Source of the DNA: Macrostomum lignano
Lineage: Eukaryota
DNA: 64,000 nt
Direction of reading: 5' to 3'
Assembly (NCBI GenBank): GCA_002269645.1
Contig: NIVC01000031.1
Span: forward strand, 620,001 to 684,000
A model generated the notes under the pieces. The model was not told the origin of the DNA. It saw nothing but the letters and a program-made list of their open reading frames with translations, and did not search any database. Numbering within the stretch: the stretch's first letter is position 1; every line of letters starts with the position of its first letter. Both the position numbers and the translations under genes were made by a program. Of this stretch, positions 37,399-64,000 are shown one piece after another.

Positions 37399-38649
37399 TG
37401 GAGTCAGCAACTGTCTAGAGATCTGTGAACGTAGAATAATAAGATTTTTTGACAACTGCCGTCACTTATATTTAATTCCAAATATTCTGTCAAACATTCC
37501 GAAAAAACTCCAAGAGGTTCATATTCATAGTTGCTCACATTCCGTTCCTTTCAAAATATACTGTTTTTTTATTTTGTTTTACTTCTATATATGAGCGATC
37601 AATTGTTATACTTTTGTCAGTTTTATTGTGCTTGCCCCCGTGTCAGACGCGATATTAAACGATGCTTCTTTTAACGAAAAGATGCACCCGATCTTTCATT
37701 TTACGTCTATATTTGTTGCACCATTGCTGCTCAGAAGTATTTGTAAAAATGTTATATACGAGCGTATTTGCATGTATTATTGGCTATGCTGCACCATTCT
37801 CGCCACGTTTCATATATAAATAATTAAATATGATTACCTATTATGGTTGAATTATCATGACGAATGCTTTATTATTTTTACAACTACAGTTCACTGTACT
37901 GTACATGTACAAGTAAAACGAAACTAAAATACACTGCCTACGCTAAAACTGCCCTTGACCCTGAGTAAACAGTATATATGCTACTACTGTAATAACCAAT
38001 AGGACATTTTGTTGTCCGCTAGTGTTTTCGCTAACATTCCATAATTATGTACGTATAACGTGCAGTAAGTTATTTCTTTAACTTGTATTTGCGAGCGTAT
38101 CTTAATGCCGTGGCTCAAGTAGGTCTGTATTTTGGTATACGCCTAATTTAAACTGTATTTCATCTAGCTTCATTTTATATCGTTATAATTCATGTCGATT
38201 ATAATTGGAATTTTGGCTAGTTTTATTAGAATTTATGCAGTTTTCAATGTTGGTTCTGTGACATTTCGCAACTGTTTTTCTAATGACAGCGTTCAGATAA
38301 AAAGAGACAAATTATAATATAAAGTTGTCAAAACATATATTTATGAGTGTATCGGACGCAATTCGCTTTGCATATGAGTTCTGACGAGATTTTGGCTCTG
38401 ATTTTTTTACTATTATGGCTATGAGTATGTATTTACATTTAAGGCCACTTCGAACGGTCATAAGCAAATTTAATTTTTGTTTAAGCGGCTATACAATTCA
38501 TAGCTCCTAGTTTTCCGCAAACACGGTTTTCTGACTACAACAACAACAACAGCATGCAATACGTACATGTATAATGTCCGCTGTCTTAAAGGTCTCAAAA
38601 TTTGAGAACAGCGACAACCGGTTCCGGTATCAGCTAGCAAAGGCTGGCG

Positions 38650-39400
38650 ACTGTCCTCCCCGCGGTACGGTGCATGCATGCAACATTGTCAGCAGCAGCA
38701 GCTCCTACACCGGCTGTGAGTAGTATACGAATGAGGATATGGCCTGCCCAGCAGCTGGATTCACCGACGCGGTTTGGGGCGTCGATACTGTGCTGCTGAC
38801 CGCTATATATTGCATGTAAAAAATCGCTCGTTCGTCGCCAATCTTTGAAGGCGGCGCGCAGCAGGCCGTCGTGCGCTGCGTCAACAGGCGGTTCGAGCTA
38901 GTCTGTCAGCGACCTCGGCGCTGCAAAGCAATTGATGGTACAAACGTTCCACATGCACCCGCCTCGAACAATTTGAACGTTTCCCTTTGGCGGTTAGTAG
39001 ACAGGGCCTCGCGGACTGCCAGGAACCTCACAGAATGAAATGCAACTCAGGAAAGCCTATACGGCGGGCGTAGGGAACAGATCGCCTGGTATAGGTACAT
39101 GTAGACCAATTGTTTGACATGGCGTATAAATTTCGCCGTCTGTCCGTCAGCGTTCGGCACGGACTTGTAGCTAGCCTCGATACCGACCGCTATACTATGC
39201 AGAGCTCACGATGCATGGTTTTCTGCGTTTGTTGACCATCAGGCCGACACTCTCGCCGCAATTACAGCATCCACAGCAGACTGCACACGTCCAGCTAGCT
39301 GTCTCTAGGCGTCCTTTAAGAGTTGAGGCATGAAGATACATGTAGCAGGGGCGAGATCGTCGGCGTAGTCACTTTCTGGGTTGGCGTAAACCCACGCTTG
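38650..39400 (-). pseudogene. Possible decayed coding remnant (weak pogo/DDE_1-like resemblance)
   Basis: CpG-rich island in AT-rich DNA; a long minus frame broken by four TGA stops; fragment PRSLTD*LEPPVDAAHDGLLRAAFKDW loosely resembles the PxxxTxxLQPLD motif, but the spacing does not fit well. Confidence 0.22.
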
Positions 39401-39705
39401 ATCAGTTATTAGTTGCATGCACCAAAAACAACAAAACAACTGCATGCGCAGTACATGTACGTGACTACGATACAATTAAATACATGTGTACGGTACACAT
39501 ACATGCGTATAATACACAATTCAATTCTCTGTTAAATGTATATATACGATCAGCGTATTTTACGGCAGTAGTTGCCAGTTCCTTGGGGCGCGACCTGAGG
39601 ATGGCGCGGGGGAGGGATACAGACGTGTTACGCCACGCCCTCCAAGGAAAAAAGAGTTACAGTTTTAAATTGTTTAAATTCTGGAAACTTTTGGCTCACC
39701 CTATA

Positions 39706-40891
39706 CAGCGGTGTCGGAACATATATTTCAAAGTGGGGGAGGGGGCTATTGGTGGGAGGGCACATTGCACATGATTTTTTTAAATCTAAGGGCACCCAAA
39801 CTCCTGCTGTCAGGTGACATTAGTTGTGACAACCAGGCCAATATTCAATTCTGTGTTGGAAGTGGCCAAAAGTCTGAAAAATGTTCGAATTCTCAAACTA
39901 ATTCAAACATTGCGCAACTGCACTGCACTATCAATTTATTTAGTAAATATCTCAAATGAATGAAAATTGCCAGAGCAAGACCAGTAGTTTTCTTGATCTC
40001 TTGCCTGCCTTCTGTCTGGCTGCCTGCCTCTTGGCGCTGTCTCTTTATTCTTTTATCTGACGGCATTTTAGTGCTTTAGTTGCAGTACCCTGAGGGCCAA
40101 ATGTGGCCCGCAAAGCCTCTCTATCCGGCCTTGGGTCCTTTGAATCTTCACAATAGCAATCCGGCCCGCTCGATATGTTTGTTATTGTGTCTCTTCTCAG
40201 CTCTCTTCTCGATCACCTCTCTCTTCTCATATTCCCCTCTCCTCTCCTCTCCTCTCCTCTCCTCTCCTCTCCTCTCTCCTTTCCTCTCCTCTCCTCTCAT
40301 CTCTCCTCTCCTCTCATCTCCTCACCTCTCTCCTCTCCTTTCCTATCCTCTCCTCTCCTCTCCCCTCTCCTTCCTGTCATCTCCTCACCTCTCCTCACCT
40401 CTCTCCTCTCCTCTCTTCTCCTCACCACTCTCCTCTCCTCTCATCTCCCGTTTCCTCTCCATTCTCTTCTCCCTTCCCTCCTCTCTCCTATCCTTCTCTG
40501 TTCTCCTCTCTCTTATATTTCGACTCTCCTCTTCTCATTTATCTCTCCTCTCCTCTCTCCTCTCCTATTTTATCTCTCTTCTCGTCTACTCTCCTCTCCT
40601 TTATTCCTTCGCCTCTCCTTTCTCCTGCGCTCGTATTTCGATCTCTTCTCTATTCCATATCCTCTCTCCCGCCCAGGGACTCCTGCTGGGACGTTAGATA
40701 AAAACTAATGGAATGGGATTGAGAACAAAAACATGAACTATTATATCAGCTGGTACCCTTAGCTTCCAAGACTCAGAAAAGCCAAAGCCGAATACCGGCC
40801 GACACTTGCTTAAAATTCAAAAAGGGCACCTGCAGGATCATGCTATAAAGTGCAGGGGGGATTCCCCATGCCCCCGGTTCTGACACCCCTG
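39706..40891. mobile_element. Non-autonomous hAT-superfamily element (1186 bp)
   Basis: TIRs CAGCGGTGTCGGAAC (39706-39720) and reverse-complement CAGGGGTGTCAGAAC (40877-40891), 13/15 identical; perfect 8-bp TSD ACCCTATA at 39698-39705 and 40892-40899; no transposase ORF. Confidence 0.88.
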
Positions 40892-41460
40892 ACCCTATAT
40901 TGATTATGGCTCTCTGCCCTGATACGATCGAGTAACTGCATTGTCTATGTCAACTAGCACGCCTATTGTAAGTATACGTTCATATACAACATATAAAGGT
41001 AAAATGTAAGGACTGTACGAGTAAAATGCAATGTAAGCGCGTTAGTGTATTTCGGGTGATCAATTGTGCATGCACATGTGCACGTATGATTGCTCAGCAA
41101 TCTTTTAAATTTAAGTCCATTCTTTCGTGTTAAATCTGCTTTAATAATAGGAGTTAAAAAACTATTTCGTAACTATTTGTTAATATATAAACAAAAATAG
41201 CGCATTTTAAACGAGGAAACTGTTTCCTGCAAAACCTGAAATCGAGCTACGTCTACAGTGCAAGAATTTGGCATTATTTGATAGAATTAATATATTAGAT
41301 GTCGTGGACTCGTGCTGATGTATTTCGATTGGTGACTGAAGAAAATCCATAATTAAGCCTTATATTATTTTAAACTGTTTGAATATTTCCCAAGCTCAGT
41401 CTTGAAGATCATGGCATCACGCTGACGTTTATGTCTTTTTTTAGTTCGCCAGGGGCAGTG

Positions 41461-41489
41461 AGGTCAAAGGTCACTTTAGGTCATGACCC
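41461..41489 (+). promoter_or_regulatory. Composite nuclear-receptor-type element (DR1 + DR4 + IR0)
   Basis: AGGTCA-A-AGGTCA-CTTT-AGGTCA-TGACCC; function is inferred from the motif only. Confidence 0.35.
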
Positions 41490-42204
41490 TACGTTTTGTA
41501 ATGTTCTCAAACTTAGTCGTCGCAATTGTATGTCACATTTTAAAGGGCATAACAATAATAACAAAACTTTGTTTGCATTGTACCTTGCATAACGAATTTT
41601 TGTTCTTTACTCTAGGCCTATGCTTTTTGGAATTCCAACCCGGCCTAAGCCTATGGCTAAGAATGGAATTGGCAATAGTCAATTGTTGGAGGCCTACTAG
41701 GCCTACCACTTAAAATTTAATGCGCTGTTTAAAATATTGTTTTTTAATTTGTCTGTTTTGTTGTATAATAGTATATAATGCATAGAAATTGTATATAGTT
41801 TATGTATAGCATCTTTTAAGCTTTAATATAGTTACTATTGTCATTGATAAATAGTAATAAATTAATTATAACAATAATAAATATTACATTTGTTTATGTT
41901 TTATTTAAAAAATCAAATGACATGGTTGTGAGTGACCCAAGTTCAATATGAGTATGATATTGATAGTAATTTTTTAGGTATATATTTTCTATTAAAAAGT
42001 GCAAATCATTTAAGTAAATTTATAATATATGGAATCATCTTGATTTCTTATTTGCCTTTATTTTTAGTTTACATGTAATACAATAATTAAGCTACTGCCT
42101 TATTAATTAATATTAGTTTTAGTATTAACATTATTATATTTAAAATAAAATATTATATGTACATTCATTTCTGTCACTTTAACAAAATAGGCCTATTTGA
42201 GTGA

Positions 42205-42420
42205 CAGATGCAAATTGCAGAATTGTGTGCTTATATCTTGTGTGCCTATATATGTGCTTATATTAGCACTGCAGATATAAGTACTGCAGAATTGTGTGCT
42301 TATATCTTATGTGCCTATATGTGTGCTTATATTCACACTGCAGATATAACTTCATATAAGCACTACAGAATTGTGTGCTTATATCTTATGTGCCTATATG
42401 TGCACTTATATTAGTACTGC
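42205..42420. repeat. ~70-nt tandem repeat, ~3 copies
   Basis: Recurrent GCAGAATTGTGTGCTTATATCTT(G/A)TGTGCCTATAT. Confidence 0.75.
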
Positions 42421-43405
42421 AGAATAAACATTGCGAAATTGTCTTAGCACTGTAGAAAGAAGCATTGCATTATAAGACTAATTATAGTCTTAACTTATAA
42501 TTAGAATAAATTAAACTAAAATAAAAAATAAACTATTTAAAAATTTTCTAAAGTTCAAATAGCAACAAGTTTTTTATTTAATAATTCTTGAATACAAATG
42601 AAATATCTTAACTTACTACTAGGGCCTAATAGAAAGCTTTACAATATAAGAATCACAACTAATGATAATAACACAAAAATGTCTATGTAATAGGCCTAGT
42701 CTTGAAAGAGTATAGTTATTGCATATCTTGACTTTGTCTCTCCTAAATCATTTTCTTAATAATATATAGCATTTTAATAATATTAGTATATTAATAGAGG
42801 TTGTTAGGCAGCTCTTAACTTTCCTGTCCTTATCATTATCTTATGCCTATTACTTAGTAGCTAACCAGTTTAAGAAACAAAAAAGCTTAGTAGTAAAATA
42901 GCTAATACCTAATAAAATAACTAATACCTATTGCCAACTATAAGCCAAAAAATGTATATAAACAAATATTTTTAATGTTGGTCTTCTATAACTTTTGCTG
43001 TAAAAAACTTTGGCTAGCTTTTAAATTAGGCATATTATATTTTTATACTTGTGGTCACAATAGTAGTTCTTTAATTTACAGATACCACAGATATCTATTT
43101 TATTATCTTAGCTATATATTATACTATAGCTATAATTTTATTTATAGCTTAACAAATTTATTCTTTTTTTGTGAAATTAATGAATTTTTTATAAGCCTAT
43201 TTATTAGTACCCACCTAGATAGTTTTGTTTTTAAATATAGTATTATATTTTTCTATAATGAGGATTTTTAATAATAAGGTTTAAGTAGTTAAAAAATCTT
43301 ACAATATAGTATTTCAACTTTCAATTTTATATTAATGATAATGTTTCAGTTTTTTGTTTTAATAATAATATTGAATTTTTATTGCTTGGACAATTGTTTA
43401 TGGAT

Positions 43406-44032
43406 TCAAGGGTTGGCAAACTCTAGTCATCTATCTAACCCAGATTTTGGGAAACTCTAGTCGTCTATCTAACCTAGGTGTTGGGAAACTCTAGTCATCT
43501 ATCTAACGGTCCCAGGTGTTGGCAAACTCTAGTCATCTATCTAACCCAGATGTTGGCAAACTCTAGTCATCTATCTAACCCAGATGTTGGCAAACTCTAG
43601 TCATCTATCTAACCCAGGTGTTGGCAAACTCCAGTCCTCTATCTAACCCAGATGTTGGCAAACTCCAGTCCTCTATCTAACCCAGATGTTGGCAAACTCT
43701 AGTCATCTATCTAACCCAGGTGTTGGCAAACTCTAGTCATCTATCTAACCCAGGTGTTGGGAAACTCTAGTCGTCTATCTATCTTAGAGAAGAACCTCTA
43801 TTTGGCCCTTAGGTCCTTTAGAACTTCACAATAGCAATCTGGCTTGCTCATGGCTCATGGCTAACCTGAATCTTCGCTCTCATTTTTCTCTTTTCTATCA
43901 TCTCCTCTCTCTCCCCTCCTTTCTACCCTACTCTCTCCTCTCCTCTCCTCTCCCTCTCTTCTCTCTGACCCATAGTCATGCACTAGATTTTATTTCTGGC
44001 CCTTATGTTAAAAATGTTTTGCCAACCCTTGA
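43406..44032 (+). mobile_element. hAT-like MITE with perfect 15-bp TIRs and an internal TIR-derived 34-nt minisatellite (11 copies)
   Basis: TCAAGGGTTGGCAAA (43406-43420) and TTTGCCAACCCTTGA (44018-44032); unit CCAGGTGTTGGCAAACTCTAGTCATCTATCTAAC; family motif at ~43793; CT-rich core; no clear TSD. Confidence 0.8.
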
Positions 44033-44168
44033 TCTATAATTTTTACAGACAAGTTTTACTTATTGTCACACAATCATATATTTAATAAACTCACTTTGAT
44101 GTAAAGCTAAAAAAAGGTGTAGACAGTTGTGCAGCCAAATTAACCATAAATTGTTTATTAATCAAACA

Positions 44169-63387
<19,219 letters not shown>

Positions 63388-63414
63388 GTACGAAGTTACG
63401 GAACTCTTGACTGT

Positions 63415-64000
63415 TGCTAAGGGTGTCAGTAGTATGGTTGCTAGGGTGTCAGTAGTATGGTTGCTAGGGTGTCAGTAGAATGGTTGCTGGGGTGTCAGTA
63501 GTATGGTTGCTGGGGTGTCATTAATATGATTGCTAGGGTGTCAGTAAAATGGTTGCTAGGGTGTCAGTAGAATGGTTGCTAGGGTGTCATTAATATGGTT
63601 GCAAAGGTGTCAGTAGTATAATTGCTAAGGGTTTCAGTAGTATGATTGCTAAGGGTGTCAGTAATATGGTTGCTAGGGTGCCAGTATAATGGTTGCTAGG
63701 GTGTCATTAATATGGTTGCTAAGGTGTCAGTAGTATGATTGCTAAGGGCGTCAGTAGTATGATTGCTAAGGTTGTCAGTAGTATGATTGCTAAGGGTGTC
63801 AGTAGAATGGTTGCTAGGGTGTCAGTAGTATTTTTGCTAGGGTGTCAGTAGTATGGTTACTAGGGTGTCAGTAATATAGTTGCTAGGGTGTCATTAGTAT
63901 GGTTGCTAGGGTGTCAGTAGTATGATTGCTAAGGGCGTCAGTAGTATGGTTGCTAAGGGTGTCAGTAGTATGGTTGCTAAGGCTGTCAGTGGTATGGTTG
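63415..64000. repeat. 23-nt minisatellite GGTTGCTAGGGTGTCAGTAGTAT (talin intron 15)
   Basis: Direct repeats running to the window edge. Confidence 0.93.

Noticed and set aside
43406-43780. Regular 34-nt repeats as a possible CRISPR array (also the 44- and 50-nt arrays)
   Set aside because: No unique spacers, no cas genes and a eukaryotic context; these are head-to-tail tandem repeats.

Overview
Eukaryotic (invertebrate animal) genomic DNA with spliced genes; no prokaryotic features, CRISPR arrays or rRNA/tRNA genes were seen. The dense 20-25 nt minisatellites and low-complexity inserts in coding sequence suggest a free-living flatworm such as Macrostomum (inference only). I reconstructed exon-intron structures by hand from GT/AG signals, reading-frame phase and protein motifs. 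Gene order: 3' end of a nidogen-like gene (+); divergent ankyrin-repeat TRP channel (+); type I membrane protein broken by a 1-nt frameshift (+); NIT-domain receptor guanylyl cyclase with a GC-AG intron (+); secreted PAN-like + ALK/LTK-type glycine-rich protein without kinase (-); orphan disordered ORF (+); 14-repeat CDH23/Cad87A-like cadherin (+) with a furin site and two candidate terminal exons, each ending in a PDZ-binding motif; and the first 15 coding exons of talin (+), which runs off the right edge. Every talin intron and several cadherin introns carry their own tandem repeat. Mobile elements include two tRNA-derived SINEs with target-site duplications, a hAT-type element with an 8-bp TSD, and a MITE family, one copy of which has amplified its own terminal repeat into a minisatellite. 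Most long ORFs in the supplied track are repeat artefacts.
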